Shown: positions 21,035 through 31,992 of the stretch, in pieces | How the letters are laid out: each line of letters begins with the position of its first letter | How positions within the stretch are numbered: position 1 is the first letter of the stretch | DNA from: Mycobacterium sp. | GTDB lineage: Bacteria; Actinomycetota; Actinomycetes; Mycobacteriales; Mycobacteriaceae | NCBI RefSeq assembly: GCF_052143115.1 | Contig: NZ_JBKQTQ010000252.1 | Location: forward strand, 9,777 to 73,776 | DNA: 64,000 bases | Reading direction: 5' to 3' | Notes under the pieces: generated by a model | Told to the model about the DNA's origin: nothing | What the model saw: the letters and a program-made list of their open reading frames with translations, nothing else | Database searches by the model: none | Made by a program: the position numbers and the translations under genes

Positions 21035-21951
21035 TGAAGCGCGAAGTCGGCCGGGTGACCGTGCTGACCAATCCGGCATCGGGACACGGAAACGCACCAC
21101 ACGCCGCCGAAAAGGCGATCCAGCGACTGCAAAAGCGAGGCATCGACGTGGTGGCGATCGTCGGCAGCGACGCCGAGCATGCACGTCGGCTGCTGCATGC
21201 TGCGGTCGAAAAGGGCACCGATGCCCTGGTGGTCACCGGCGGTGACGGAGTGATCTCCGATGCGCTGCCAGCGCTGGCTTGCACGGATATTCCGCTGGGA
21301 ATCATTCCCGCCGGTACTGGCAACGATCACGCACGCGAATTCGGCTTGCCCACCAAGGATCCCGCCGCCGCCGCCGATGTTGTCGCCGACGGCTGGACCG
21401 AAACCGTCGACCTGGGCAGGATTCGGGACCGCAAAGGAATTACCAAGTGGTTCGGCACCGTTGCTGCCGCAGGATTCGATTCGCTGGTAACCGATCGGGC
21501 CAACCGGATGCGCTGGCCGCGCGGTCGGATGCGCTACAACCTGGCGATGCTCGCCGAACTGTCGGCGCTGAGGCTACTGCCGTTCCGGCTGGTGCTCGAC
21601 GGACGCGACGAGATCGTCACCGATCTGACCCTTGCGGCGTTCGGCAACACCCGCAGCTACGGCGGCGGAATGCTGATCTGCCCCAACGCCGATCATGCCG
21701 ACGGCCAACTCGACATCACCATGGTGCACTCGGCGTCACGCACCCGGCTGATCCGCCTGTTCCCGACCGTCTACAAAGGCCGCCATGTCGATCTCGACGA
21801 GGTGACGACGGCGCGGGCGACATCCGTCGACGTGGAATCAGCGGGCATCAACGCCTACGCCGACGGCGAATACGTCTGCGCGCTGCCCGCTGAAATCTCG
21901 GCGGTGCCTGGCGCGCTGCAGATCCTGCGCCCGCGCAGAGCAACACCCTGA
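21031..21951 (+). CDS. dagK: Soluble diacylglycerol kinase (Rv2252)
   Basis: NPASG, GGDG, PAGTGND, YGGG. Confidence 0.9.
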   Translation: MMKREVGRVTVLTNPASGHGNAPHAAEKAIQRLQKRGIDVVAIVGSDAEHARRLLHAAVEKGTDALVVTGGDGVISDALPALACTDIPLGIIPAGTGNDHAREFGLPTKDPAAAADVVADGWTETVDLGRIRDRKGITKWFGTVAAAGFDSLVTDRANRMRWPRGRMRYNLAMLAELSALRLLPFRLVLDGRDEIVTDLTLAAFGNTRSYGGGMLICPNADHADGQLDITMVHSASRTRLIRLFPTVYKGRHVDLDEVTTARATSVDVESAGINAYADGEYVCALPAEISAVPGALQILRPRRATP

Positions 21952-21957
21952 CCGGGC

Positions 21958-22470
21958 TTATCCGACCCCACGGCTGAGCCAGGACACCTCGGCGCCGTCA
22001 CCGCCATCGCGATACAGCTCGAGCGCCTCATCCCAGGCGGTACCCAGCGCCGAATCCAGCTCGGCGGCCAAGGCGTCGGCGCCATCGGCCATCATCGCCC
22101 GCAACCGCATCTCGCCGATCATCACGTCGCCGTTGGCGCTCATCGCTGCGCTCCACAATCCCAGCTGGGGCGTGTGGCTGAACCGCTGCCCGTCGACGCC
22201 GGCACTGGGGTCCTCGGTGACTTCGAACCGCAGCACCGACCAGGAACGCAAGGCATTGGCCAACCGGGCGCCGGTGCCCACCGGACCGACCCAATTGGTC
22301 ACCGCACGCAGCTGTCCGGGCATCGCCGGTTGCGGGGTCCACTTGAGGTTGGGCTTGGCTGCCAGCGTCGACGACAACGCCCACTCAACATGCGGACACA
22401 CCGCGGCGGGCGAGGCGTGGATGTACACCACGCCGGTCGTCACGTCGGCGAACTGGTTCGACGCGCGCAT
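21958..22470 (-). CDS. DUF3145 family protein (Rv2256c-like)
   Basis: GVVYIHASPAAVCPHVEWAL signature. Confidence 0.9.
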   Translation of the reverse strand: MRASNQFADVTTGVVYIHASPAAVCPHVEWALSSTLAAKPNLKWTPQPAMPGQLRAVTNWVGPVGTGARLANALRSWSVLRFEVTEDPSAGVDGQRFSHTPQLGLWSAAMSANGDVMIGEMRLRAMMADGADALAAELDSALGTAWDEALELYRDGGDGAEVSWLSRGVG

Positions 22471-22592
22471 CTGTTGCTCCTTCGGCTCCACGAGGGACGT
22501 CTTCCCCAACGACCTGGTGAACCCGACGAGCAGGATGTAACGAATAATTTGTGTCGTGCGTGTCTATTGTGCCTCGTGAGACCCCTGTTGCG

Positions 22593-23417
22593 CTAGTCCG
22601 CGAGGCACTCCGATATCACGGCATCGGCGAGCGCCGGCCAGATCGGCAGTGCCCACTGGCCGAAATCGCGATCTGTGAGCACCACCAGCGCGAGCGTCGC
22701 TTCCGGATCTGCCCAGATGAACGTGCCCGTTTGACCGAAATGGCCGAAGGTCCGCGCCGAATTCTTCGCGCCGGTCCAGTGCGGTGTTTTGGCGTCCCTG
22801 ATCTCGAATCCCAGCCCCCAGTCGTTGGGGCGCTGCACACCGTATCCGGGTAACACCCCTTCCAGGCCGGGAAACTGCACGGCGGTCGCCTCGGCGTGCA
22901 TCTCCGGCGACACCGTCGCCGGACACAACAGGTCACCGGCGAACGTTGCCAGGTCTGCGACCGTCGACGTCGCCCCGAAGCCGGCCGCCTGCGCGCCCCC
23001 GTCGAGCCGGGTGGCTGTCATTCCCAGCGGTTCGAAAACCGCCTCGGTCAGGTAGCGGCCGAATTCGATCCCGGACGCCTGCTGGACGGTTTCGGCCAGC
23101 ACCGCGAAGCCATAATTGGAATACACCCGGCGGGTGCCGGGCCAGGCAAGCGTGTCAGCGGACTGCATCGCCAACCCCGAGGCATGGGCCAACAAGTGCC
23201 GGACCGTCGATCCGGGTGGTCCAGCGGCGGTATCCAATTCCATGGCGCCCTCTTCCATCGCGATCTGCGCGGCCCGCGCCACCAGGAGCTTGGTCACCGA
23301 CGCCAGCGCGAACTGCCGTCCGGTGTCGCCGTGGCTGGCCAGCATCCCCGAGGGTCCGACCACCGCGGCAGCCGCCGCGGCAACCGGCCAGTCGTCGAGT
23401 ACGTCAAGTGCGGCCAT
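22593..23417 (-). CDS. Serine hydrolase, beta-lactamase family (Rv2257c-like)
   Basis: SVTK (SxxK), YSN, FGHFG. Confidence 0.92.
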   Translation of the reverse strand: MAALDVLDDWPVAAAAAAVVGPSGMLASHGDTGRQFALASVTKLLVARAAQIAMEEGAMELDTAAGPPGSTVRHLLAHASGLAMQSADTLAWPGTRRVYSNYGFAVLAETVQQASGIEFGRYLTEAVFEPLGMTATRLDGGAQAAGFGATSTVADLATFAGDLLCPATVSPEMHAEATAVQFPGLEGVLPGYGVQRPNDWGLGFEIRDAKTPHWTGAKNSARTFGHFGQTGTFIWADPEATLALVVLTDRDFGQWALPIWPALADAVISECLAD

Positions 23418-23456
23418 CGCGGAGGAGCCTACCGACCAAGCACTAGGTTGGTGGGC

Positions 23457-24542
23457 ATGAGTCAGTTAGTGCGCGGCGTGGTTTCACGAAAGAAGGCCGA
23501 GCCGGTCGAGGTGGTCGACATCGTCCTCCCCGATCCCGGCCCCGGTGAGGTGGTGGTGGACGTGACGGCCTGCGGGGTGTGCCACACCGACCTCACCTAC
23601 CGAGAGGGCGGCATCAACGACGAGTACCCATTCCTGCTCGGTCATGAAGCGGCCGGCACCGTCGAGTCGGTTGGAAACGGGGTGACCGCGGTGCGGCCTG
23701 GCGACTTCGTGATTCTGAATTGGCGTGCGGTCTGCGGTCAGTGCCGCGCCTGCAAACGCGGCAGGCCGCAGTATTGCTTCGACACCTTCAACGCTGAGCA
23801 GAAGATGACGCTCACCGACGGCGCCGAGCTCACACCGGCGCTGGGCATCGGGGCATTTGCCGACAAGACACTGGTGGCTGCCGGGCAGTGCACCAAGGTC
23901 GATGCCGAGGCCGACCCGGCGGTGGCCGGTCTGCTGGGCTGCGGGGTGATGGCCGGTCTGGGTGCTGCCATCAACACCGGTGCGGTCACCCGCGACGACA
24001 CGGTCGCGGTGATCGGTTGCGGCGGCGTGGGCGACGCCGCGATCGCCGGGGCCGCGCTGGTCGGCGCCAAGCGGATCATCGCCGTGGACACCGACAACAC
24101 CAAACTGGATTGGGCCCGCAAGTTCGGCGCCACCCACACCGTCAACGCGCGCGAATTCGACGTCGTCAAAACCATCCAGGACCTCACCGACGGGTTCGGC
24201 GCCAACGTGGTGATCGACGCCGTCGGCCGACCGGAAACATGGGAGCAGGCCTTCTATGCCCGCGATCTAGCCGGAACCGTTGTGCTGGTGGGTGTTCCGA
24301 CGCCGGATATGCGTATCGACATGCCGCTGGTGGACTTCTTCTCCCGCGGCGGCGCGCTCAAGTCGTCGTGGTACGGCGACTGCCTGCCCGAACGCGACTT
24401 CCCCACCCTGATCGACCTCTATCTGCAGGGCCGGTTACCGCTGGAGAAGTTCGTCTCCGAACGCATCGGTCTCGACGGCATCGAGGAGGCATTCCACAAA
24501 ATGCATGACGGCAAAGTGCTGCGCTCGGTGGTGATGCTGTGA
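23457..24542 (+). CDS. mscR: S-nitrosomycothiol reductase / mycothiol-dependent formaldehyde dehydrogenase (Rv2259)
   Basis: CGVCHTD, GHE, structural-Zn CxxCxxC, GCGGVG, SSWYGDC. Confidence 0.95.
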   Translation: MSQLVRGVVSRKKAEPVEVVDIVLPDPGPGEVVVDVTACGVCHTDLTYREGGINDEYPFLLGHEAAGTVESVGNGVTAVRPGDFVILNWRAVCGQCRACKRGRPQYCFDTFNAEQKMTLTDGAELTPALGIGAFADKTLVAAGQCTKVDAEADPAVAGLLGCGVMAGLGAAINTGAVTRDDTVAVIGCGGVGDAAIAGAALVGAKRIIAVDTDNTKLDWARKFGATHTVNAREFDVVKTIQDLTDGFGANVVIDAVGRPETWEQAFYARDLAGTVVLVGVPTPDMRIDMPLVDFFSRGGALKSSWYGDCLPERDFPTLIDLYLQGRLPLEKFVSERIGLDGIEEAFHKMHDGKVLRSVVML

Positions 24543-25165
24543 TGGCCCCCATCCAGCGCATCGTTACGCATGGCACCTTCGAACTCGACGGCGGCAGTTG
24601 GGAAGTCGACAACAACATCTGGCTGGTCGGCGACGATTCCGACGTCGTGGTGTTCGACGCCGCCCACAGCGCGGAGCCGATCGTGGCCGCCGTCGGCGGG
24701 CGCAATGTGGTGGCGGTGGTGTGCACCCACGGCCACAACGACCACGTGACGGTGGCGCCGGAGCTCGGCGATACGCTCGACGCGCCGGTACTGCTCCACT
24801 CCGGCGATGACGTGTTATGGCGGATGACCCACCCGGACAGGAACTTTCGCGCGGTGTCCGACGCCGACACGCTGACTGTCGCGGGCACCGAGCTGCGAGC
24901 GCTGCACACCCCCGGACACTCCCCCGGGTCGGTCTGCTGGTACGCCCCGGACCTGGGCGCCGTGTTCAGCGGAGACACCCTGTTTTCCGGTGGACCCGGC
25001 GCCACCGGGCGGTCGTTTTCGGACTTCCCGACGATCCTGCAGTCGATCTCGAGTCGTCTCGGCAAGCTTCCCGCGGACACCGTCGTCTACACCGGCCATG
25101 GCGACACCACCAGCATCGGCGACGAGATCGTGCACTACGACGAATGGGTGGCCCGAGGCCATTAG
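24539..25165 (+). CDS. Metallo-beta-lactamase-fold hydrolase (Rv2260-like, glyoxalase II-type)
   Basis: THGHNDH, TPGH, GDTLF; coupled to mscR. Confidence 0.92.
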   Translation: MMAPIQRIVTHGTFELDGGSWEVDNNIWLVGDDSDVVVFDAAHSAEPIVAAVGGRNVVAVVCTHGHNDHVTVAPELGDTLDAPVLLHSGDDVLWRMTHPDRNFRAVSDADTLTVAGTELRALHTPGHSPGSVCWYAPDLGAVFSGDTLFSGGPGATGRSFSDFPTILQSISSRLGKLPADTVVYTGHGDTTSIGDEIVHYDEWVARGH

Positions 25166-25179
25166 GGGCCGACCGCAGG

Positions 25180-25953
25180 CTAGCGGCCGTCGAGGATCCT
25201 GCGTTTCTCGGTCTCGAACTCCGCTTCGGTCAACGCCCCGGAATCCCGCAGCGATGCAAGTGTTTTCAGCTGCTCCAGCTTTATCGCCTCACCGGTCGGA
25301 GCATGCGACGAGAGTGCTGGCTCCGGCGCGCTCACCGACAAATCCGCGTCGATGGGGTCGGTGGGGCTGTACAACGGGAAGGGTTGCTCCGTGGTTGCGA
25401 ACGGTCGCGTGACCCGCCGGGTTCGCGCCAACCACAACGTCGAGCCGACCAGCCCAAGGGTACCGATGGTGAACAGCCCGACAGACGGCCATACCGACCA
25501 GCCGTAGGGACTCTCCTTACCGAACGCCAGGCTTGGGCTAATGAATCCGTTGACCTGACCGTCGGTCTTGATCGTGTACGTGCCGTCGGCCGGAACCTGA
25601 ACGACCCAGACCCGCCGGTGCGCGTCGTTGTTGATTGTCGTTGTGCCACCATAGCTTTCGGTGACCGCCGGATCTGCAACACCCTGAGGTGCGTCGATAT
25701 CCATCCCAAGTTGCGGCACCGGCAATCCACCGCCGTTAGGTCCGGAGATGACCTGGGTGTGAAAGCTAACGGTGACTTTGCCGGCCGGCAGGTGCCGGCT
25801 GGCTGATCCGGGGATGGGCACCTCACCGTAGGCGTTGTACTTGTCCATCACGAACGCGTTGAGCATCGGCAAGACGATGAAGCCGATTCCCCCGACAATC
25901 ATCGCCAGGATGGCCAGTGCCAGCGAAATCTTGGCGAGCCGTCTGCTATTCAT
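25180..25953 (-). CDS. Membrane protein with C-terminal SHOCT domain
   Basis: Two TM segments; LKTLASLRDSGALTEAEFETEKRRIL. Confidence 0.85.
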   Translation of the reverse strand: MNSRRLAKISLALAILAMIVGGIGFIVLPMLNAFVMDKYNAYGEVPIPGSASRHLPAGKVTVSFHTQVISGPNGGGLPVPQLGMDIDAPQGVADPAVTESYGGTTTINNDAHRRVWVVQVPADGTYTIKTDGQVNGFISPSLAFGKESPYGWSVWPSVGLFTIGTLGLVGSTLWLARTRRVTRPFATTEQPFPLYSPTDPIDADLSVSAPEPALSSHAPTGEAIKLEQLKTLASLRDSGALTEAEFETEKRRILDGR

Positions 25954-26043
25954 TCACGCAGTGTGTCACTGGGAGCTGGGCGGCGCCAACGAAACCGCGC
26001 CGCCCGGTTTCGCTGAGGCGAGGCGAAGAGGAGACTACGACTC

Positions 26044-26997
26044 ATGGCCCCCAACCTCGTCGCCACCGTCCCCGATCTGTCCGGAAAACTCGCCGTCATC
26101 ACCGGATCCAACAGCGGCCTAGGATTCGGATTAGCCCGTCGGCTGTCCGCGGCCGGCGCCGACGTCGTCATGGCGATCCGCAACCGCGCCAAGGGTGAGG
26201 CAGCGATCGACGAGATTCGCGCGACGGTTCCGGACGCGAAGCTGACCATCAAACCGCTCGACCTGTCGTCACTGGCCGGGGTGGCCGCCCTGGGCGAGCA
26301 ACTCAACGCCGACGGCCGCCCGATTGACATCCTGATCAACAACGCCGGTGTGATGACTCCGCCGAAACGCGATACCACGACCGATGGATTCGAATTGCAG
26401 TTCGGCAGCAATCATCTCGGCCATTTCGCACTCACAGCGCACCTGATGCCGCTTTTGCGTGCCGCGGACAGCCCGCGGGTCGTATCACTGAGCAGCCTGG
26501 CTGCGCGCCAAGGCCGCATCCATTTCGACGATCCGCAATTCGAGAAGTCGTACACCCCGATGCAGGCCTACGGACAATCGAAACTGGCGGTGCTGATGTT
26601 CGCCCGTGAGTTGGATCGCCGCAGCAAAGAGGCGGGCTGGGGCATCCTCTCCGATGCCGCGCACCCCGGCTTGACCAAGACCAACCTTCAGATCAGCGGG
26701 CCGTCCCACGGGCGGTCGAAACCATCGACGATGGAGCAGCTCTACAAGCTGTCGTGGCGCCTGACACCGTTCCTGTGGCAGGAAATCGAGGAAGGGATCC
26801 TCCCCGCGCTCTACGCGGCAACGTCCCCGCAGGCCGAAGGCGGTGCCTTCTATGGGCCCCACGGCATCTACGAGGCCGCCGGCGGTGGCGTGGCAGCCGC
26901 CAAAGTACCCGCGCGGGCTCGTAACGAGGCCGATTGCCGGCGCCTATGGGATATCTCCGAGAAACTAACCGGCGTCAGTTACCCAAAACCGAACTGA
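26044..26997 (+). CDS. SDR oxidoreductase (Rv2263-like)
   Basis: [21 protein letters not shown]. Confidence 0.92.
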   Translation: MAPNLVATVPDLSGKLAVITGSNSGLGFGLARRLSAAGADVVMAIRNRAKGEAAIDEIRATVPDAKLTIKPLDLSSLAGVAALGEQLNADGRPIDILINNAGVMTPPKRDTTTDGFELQFGSNHLGHFALTAHLMPLLRAADSPRVVSLSSLAARQGRIHFDDPQFEKSYTPMQAYGQSKLAVLMFARELDRRSKEAGWGILSDAAHPGLTKTNLQISGPSHGRSKPSTMEQLYKLSWRLTPFLWQEIEEGILPALYAATSPQAEGGAFYGPHGIYEAAGGGVAAAKVPARARNEADCRRLWDISEKLTGVSYPKPN

Positions 26998-27114
26998 CTG
27001 CCGTTTGCGCTGCCGGCCATACCCCGGCAGCACAGTTTGGACCCATCACCACAGCGGGTAGTCGTCGAGGAGCGCCGTCGGCAGGCCATAAGTCTCGTCA
27101 GGACGGAAAGGTTT

Positions 27115-27333
27115 ATGAGCGCACACGACAACAAGCAAAAGACCTCCTCGGAAACGCCCGAACTAAGCGAGGAAGGTAAAGAAAAAGTCCGCCAGATGCA
27201 GGAAGCCTACGACGATGATCGGCCGACGGTAGTGCTGCCCGGCACCGGGGGAACGATCACAGGCGTCGCGATCAACGAATGGCTGGACGACGAGGCCAAC
27301 CCGAAGTTCGGCAAGGACAAGCCGCAAGACTAA
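27115..27333 (+). CDS. Small acidic hypothetical protein (72 aa)
   Basis: GGAAAGG RBS before ATG; codon usage looks coding; stop overlaps the convergent gene. Confidence 0.7.
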   Translation: MSAHDNKQKTSSETPELSEEGKEKVRQMQEAYDDDRPTVVLPGTGGTITGVAINEWLDDEANPKFGKDKPQD

Positions 27334-29051
27334 CGGAAACCCGGTTCCGGTTCAGGGAAGCCCCGCGGCCCGCGGGGAAATCTCGGAAAACGCGGCGGCT
27401 CCGACCCCTGAGTCGTGGTGGGCGCCCCCGTGGTTGTCGGTGCCGAAGTGGTTGTTGTGGTGGGCGCTTCGGTGGTGGTCGTTGTCGTCGGCGCCTCGGT
27501 GGTGGTGGACGGGGGTGTCCCGGTGTCCGACTCGGTCGATGACGGCGGACTGGTCGCCGGGGCCTGAGTGTTCGTCGCACCCGACGGAGCCGGCCCTTGG
27601 TTAGACGGCGCAGGTGCGGTGCTCACGCTCGGTGCCGGTGTGGTCGGTGCGCTGCCGGAGGTGTGACGCAGGGTGATCATGACCGCGGCGGCGACCGCCA
27701 GCACCACAAGCGCGGTGCCGACCATGACCACCGCCGGCCGGCGATACCAGGCGTCGGCAACCGCGCGGGTCACGACGGGTTGGGAGTCGCGATCGACACC
27801 GACCTGCGACCGCGCGGCCGTCAGCCCGGTGGTGCTGCCTTGTTCGGGGTACTCGCCGGGCCGGATCGGCATGATGTCGGAGTCGTCGCCGGCCTCCGAC
27901 CAGGCCAGCGCGGGAACTGGCCTGGGTTCTACCGGAATATTCGAGATCGTCGTGGTATCGGCGACCGTTCCGGCCGCTGTCGGCGCGATCGCTGTCTCGC
28001 TATCAGCGGGGCCGCGTGCGGCCCGTAACGCCGCACCAATAGCGGGCGTCAGGTGCGGCCGCGGTGCCGTGATGATAGGTACGCCCAACTGTTGCGACAG
28101 GGTCGTAGTGACCGCTGGGATGCTCGCACCCCCGCCCACCAATGCGATCGCTGCCAGATCTTCCGTGCGAATTCCATTGCGCTGCAACGTTTCGTGGACG
28201 ACTGTGATGAACCCGTCCAGTGGCTGGCGGATCGCGTCGCCGAGTTCGTCGCGGGTGACCCGGATATCGCCACGATAGCCGGGCACGTCAGCGGCCAGCG
28301 TGGTCGCGATGGTCGACGAGAGTTCTTCTTTGGCGCGTCGGCAGGCGCCCCGCAGCGGAGTCAGCGAGCCGATCGCCGAGGTCGCCGACGTGTCGAACGA
28401 GCCGGCCGAGGACAGATCGGCGACGACGTGGGTCAGCAACGCCTGGTCGATCAGATCGCCGGAGAATTCACCATGCCGCACGGCAGGAACGACCGCCTGG
28501 TATCCGTTGGCGGCGTCGATCAGCGCCAGGGTGGTTCCGGTGCCTCCGAAATCGCACACGGCGATGATTCCGCGGCTAGGCACCCCCGGGTTCGCCTGCA
28601 GCGCGATCAGCGCTGCCACGGAGTCCGGTAGCAGCGCCAGTCGCCCATCCGACCATTCGGAGACTCTGCTCAACGCGACCCGCACCGCGTCGACTGCCCC
28701 CGGCCCCCAATGCGCGGGATGGGTGACCGTGACCGCATCCGGCGGTGCTCGTCCATCTGTCACCGCGTAGGACAGTGCCCGCAGCGCATCGGCGACCAGG
28801 GTCTCGCTGCGGTGGGTCGTACCGTCGGCTGCCACGATGCCGGCCGGGTCGCCCACCCGGTCGACGAAGTCGGTGATCACCAGCCCGGGTTCGTTGAGCT
28901 TCGGGTTCTCCGATGGCACGCCGACTTCGGGTGGGCGCTGCTGATACAGCGTCAACACCGGCCTGCGGGTCACCGCCCGGTCGGCGGTCACCGCCGCCAA
29001 GTTAGTGGCCCCAATCGAGAGGCCTAACGCCGACCGTCCTCCGTCAGCCAT
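27330..29051 (-). CDS. Hsp70-fold membrane protein with Pro/Thr-rich tail (Rv2264c-like)
   Basis: GLSIGATN, DFGGTG, LVGGGASIP; one TM helix, then PT-rich repeats. Confidence 0.9.
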   Translation of the reverse strand: MADGGRSALGLSIGATNLAAVTADRAVTRRPVLTLYQQRPPEVGVPSENPKLNEPGLVITDFVDRVGDPAGIVAADGTTHRSETLVADALRALSYAVTDGRAPPDAVTVTHPAHWGPGAVDAVRVALSRVSEWSDGRLALLPDSVAALIALQANPGVPSRGIIAVCDFGGTGTTLALIDAANGYQAVVPAVRHGEFSGDLIDQALLTHVVADLSSAGSFDTSATSAIGSLTPLRGACRRAKEELSSTIATTLAADVPGYRGDIRVTRDELGDAIRQPLDGFITVVHETLQRNGIRTEDLAAIALVGGGASIPAVTTTLSQQLGVPIITAPRPHLTPAIGAALRAARGPADSETAIAPTAAGTVADTTTISNIPVEPRPVPALAWSEAGDDSDIMPIRPGEYPEQGSTTGLTAARSQVGVDRDSQPVVTRAVADAWYRRPAVVMVGTALVVLAVAAAVMITLRHTSGSAPTTPAPSVSTAPAPSNQGPAPSGATNTQAPATSPPSSTESDTGTPPSTTTEAPTTTTTTEAPTTTTTSAPTTTGAPTTTQGSEPPRFPRFPRGPRGFPEPEPGFR

Positions 29052-29077
29052 ATCGTCCAATCCGCGTTGGGGTCACA

Positions 29078-29136
29078 GTGCCGGTCTCCCCCGCGGGGGC
29101 GTCCCCCGACTCCCGCGCATCGGCCACCAATTTATA
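29078..29136 (-). promoter_or_regulatory. -10 element and structured GC-rich 5' leader of the Hsp70-like gene
   Basis: TATAAAT at 29136-29130, followed by nested inverted repeats. Confidence 0.5.
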
Positions 29137-29180
29137 AGCCGTGTCGATTCTGCCGCAGGCAGCGGTCCGCGGCTCGGCCT

Positions 29181-30254
29181 TCATCGGATCGTGCCGACCC
29201 CCGTGATCAGCGGCAGATCCAGCGGGGTGACCCAGCCCGGCGAGAGTTCGTTGACGGCCGGCACCGCGTTGAGCGCACGCATCCCGGTCGCCAGGCAACC
29301 GGCTGCGGCTGCGTCGCGTCCGGAGCCGTCGGTGAATCGAAATGCGGTCTCCTGGTAGATGCTCGGCGTGCCCTCGATGTCGACCCGGTAGACGTCGTCT
29401 TTGACGCCCGCCGGCCAGTCCGGGGCGGCGTCAAGGCCGATCCGGTTCACGTGCTCGAGCTGGATGCGGGTCTCGCCGTTGTAGACGCCGTTGATGGTGA
29501 ACCGGACCGCGGCCACGTGTCCCGGCGGGATGACGCCCTTCGCCGTCTTGCGCTCGTTGGGCGTCACCCACTTGTCCCACGTGGTGGTGATCTCGTCGAG
29601 CATGATGCCGGCCGCATGCGCGATCATCGGCACGGTGGCGCCCCACGCGAAGATCAGCACATCGCGGTTCTCCAGGATCGGGCGGAATTCGGGCTCGCGC
29701 CCGATGCCCATCTCGTTCTCGTAGTCACCCTCGTAATTGGTGTAGTCCAGCAGCTCGGAGGCCCGTACCGTGCGCACCTCCGAGCACACTCCCATCAGCG
29801 TCATCGGAAACAGGTCGTTGGCGAAGCCCGGGTCGATGCCGGTGGTGAAACACGACGCCTCGCCCAACTCGCAGGCCTCGGTGATCGGCTGGATCCAGTT
29901 GGGCGGATTCAGATGCATGGTCGGCCAGACCCACGGCGTCATCGCCGTCGAGCAGACGTCGATCCCGGCCCGCAGGAACCGCGTGATCAGCGCGATGTTG
30001 TCGTCGGCGTGCGCCGCGGTCGGGCCGTAATGCACCAGCGCATCGGGTTTCAGCGCGATCAGCGCATCGACATCGTCGGTGGCGGTGATGCCGACCGGTT
30101 CGGCCAGCCCACAGATCTCGCCGACGTCGCGACCGACTTTCTTCGGATTGCTCACGCCGACGCCGACCAACTCGAACAGCGGATGCTTGACGATTTCGGC
30201 GATCACCATCCTGCCGACGAAACCGGTACCCCAGATCACGACCCGCTTAGCCAT
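29181..30254 (-). CDS. DapB-like NAD(P)-dependent oxidoreductase (native amine dehydrogenase-like)
   Basis: IWGTGFVG Rossmann motif, TGIDPGF, AVPAV...PG...LDLP. Confidence 0.85.
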   Translation of the reverse strand: MAKRVVIWGTGFVGRMVIAEIVKHPLFELVGVGVSNPKKVGRDVGEICGLAEPVGITATDDVDALIALKPDALVHYGPTAAHADDNIALITRFLRAGIDVCSTAMTPWVWPTMHLNPPNWIQPITEACELGEASCFTTGIDPGFANDLFPMTLMGVCSEVRTVRASELLDYTNYEGDYENEMGIGREPEFRPILENRDVLIFAWGATVPMIAHAAGIMLDEITTTWDKWVTPNERKTAKGVIPPGHVAAVRFTINGVYNGETRIQLEHVNRIGLDAAPDWPAGVKDDVYRVDIEGTPSIYQETAFRFTDGSGRDAAAAGCLATGMRALNAVPAVNELSPGWVTPLDLPLITGVGTIR

Positions 30255-30335
30255 GCGCCACCTTTCGATCGACGAGTTTTTCTCATCGCGGCGATCCTAG
30301 AACCGTACGGTCTTTCCTCGCTGCGATCTCGGTCG

Positions 30336-31310
30336 CTAATGCGGCGAGTTTGTCTCGACATCGGCCGCCGCCGACGAGCCGGGAAAACGCCGATGGACAT
30401 GGGCGCTGGGCGTGTGATCGACAAGCAAGCTGAGCAATTCGGGACGACTGTAGTGACCGCTGGAGTCCATGAACGCCTTGCGTTTGTCAATCAGCCCAAA
30501 GTCCAGATCGGCGATCACCTCGCCTTCACCGGACCGCAACGGCTTGCCGAGCAGTTCGCCTTGCGGGGTGATGATTGCGGTGAAGCAGCCACCCGATATC
30601 GGGTCCGCCGGGCAGCCAGTGTCGGCCATGATCTGCTGTTGCTGGTCGGGATCCAGCCAGGCCGTCGCAGCAACCACGAAGACACCGGACTCGAGTGCGT
30701 GGTTCCGCACCTGTATCTCGGTCTGCTGAGAGAACAAGTCGCCGAAGATCGAACCCGGGAACATCGCCGAATGGATCTGCTCGCCGTCCGCGATCAGCGC
30801 GTACCGGGCTAGCGGGTTGTAGTGCTCCCAACAGGCCAACTGGCCGACGCGGCCCACCGCGCTGTCGACGGCTCGAAGCCCGCTGCCGTCGCCTTGGCCC
30901 CACACCATGCGTTCGTGATAGGTGGGCGTGATCTTGCGGCGACGCTGGATCAGCGTTCCGTCGACATCGAAAAGCAGCTGACTGTTGAACAGTGACCCGC
31001 CGTCACGTTCGTTCACTCCGATGGAGACCACCATTTCAGCGTGTCGTGCGGCGTCGCCGATCGCCTCCGTGGCCGACGATGGCACCGTGACGGCCTGTCC
31101 CAACAGCCGCATTTGTTCGGCCATCATTTCGTAAGGGCGTTGCACAAACGAAAAATACGGGTAATACGGAACAACGGTTTCCGGAAAAACCGCGAATTGC
31201 ACTTCCCGCTTTGCCAATTCGTCGATCTTGGTGACAACGCGCTCCACGGTGCCTTCACGGCTGTAGAGCACGGGGCTCAGTTGAACGGCCGCAGCTCGAA
31301 CAGTGGTCAC
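30336..31310 (-). CDS. Nitrilase (branch 1)
   Basis: E-K-C triad: FPET, RRKITPT, LACWEH; GHYSRPE. Confidence 0.92.
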   Translation of the reverse strand: MTTVRAAAVQLSPVLYSREGTVERVVTKIDELAKREVQFAVFPETVVPYYPYFSFVQRPYEMMAEQMRLLGQAVTVPSSATEAIGDAARHAEMVVSIGVNERDGGSLFNSQLLFDVDGTLIQRRRKITPTYHERMVWGQGDGSGLRAVDSAVGRVGQLACWEHYNPLARYALIADGEQIHSAMFPGSIFGDLFSQQTEIQVRNHALESGVFVVAATAWLDPDQQQQIMADTGCPADPISGGCFTAIITPQGELLGKPLRSGEGEVIADLDFGLIDKRKAFMDSSGHYSRPELLSLLVDHTPSAHVHRRFPGSSAAADVETNSPH

Positions 31311-31527
31311 AGCGCCCGCCCTCTCGTGGTGTGTCCTGCGATAAGAACAGTGTGTGCCTCAAGCCAGCCGTTCGGGCCAGTTGTGCGCCAATCCTTCACT
31401 CGGTTTGAAACCTTCCAAAAGGCTGCCTTGACGGCGGCGCAGACGGATACTTGCACCGTCTCAGTCACGAATCATGAGCGTGCGCCAACCCAGCAAGCCC
31501 ACCGACGGATTCCACGAGAGGCGCCGT

Positions 31528-31914
31528 ATGACGTACATGGGAAAGCCCTATTACCCGTCGTGGTTAGACAACCTGGCCGAAGACGTCACCTTGGAGGCCG
31601 CGGCAATGGACGGCACCGCGCACGGCGCCGACGATGTTCGTTCCATCCTGACCAGTGCCCGGCAACTCTATGACCACCAGGAGTTCAATTACGCCGGCCC
31701 CTGCGGCGAGGACGGTTTCCTCGAGGACTATTCGAGTTCGGTCCGCGGCATACCCACCTACGTTGTCGTCCGAGTCACCTTCAACGCAGCCGGGCAGACC
31801 GAGCGCGTAGTGGTGAACCACCGGCCACGCAGCGCGATGCTGCAGTTTTCCCGCTTGATGCTTGAGAAGTTCGCCGGCACACCCCATGCGAGGCATTGGG
31901 AAGATACGCCGTAA
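31528..31914 (+). CDS. SnoaL/NTF2-like hypothetical protein (copy 1)
   Basis: WLDNLAEDVTLE...VVNHRPRS; paralog of the next gene. Confidence 0.75.
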   Translation: MTYMGKPYYPSWLDNLAEDVTLEAAAMDGTAHGADDVRSILTSARQLYDHQEFNYAGPCGEDGFLEDYSSSVRGIPTYVVVRVTFNAAGQTERVVVNHRPRSAMLQFSRLMLEKFAGTPHARHWEDTP

Positions 31915-31992
31915 AGGATCAACAACGGCAGCAGGACTCGACGACGTCGAAGCGAACGATTCCTGCGGCTCATGAGTCATCGGAGGCACGGC

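Noticed and set aside
22896-23456. N-terminal extension of MscR to 548 aa
   Set aside because: Antisense to the serine hydrolase; the start at 23457 gives the normal 361 aa
27400-27660. Repetitive GTGGTG/GTCGTT tract as a possible array
   Set aside because: Encodes the Thr/Pro-rich tail of the Hsp70-like protein; no repeat-spacer structure
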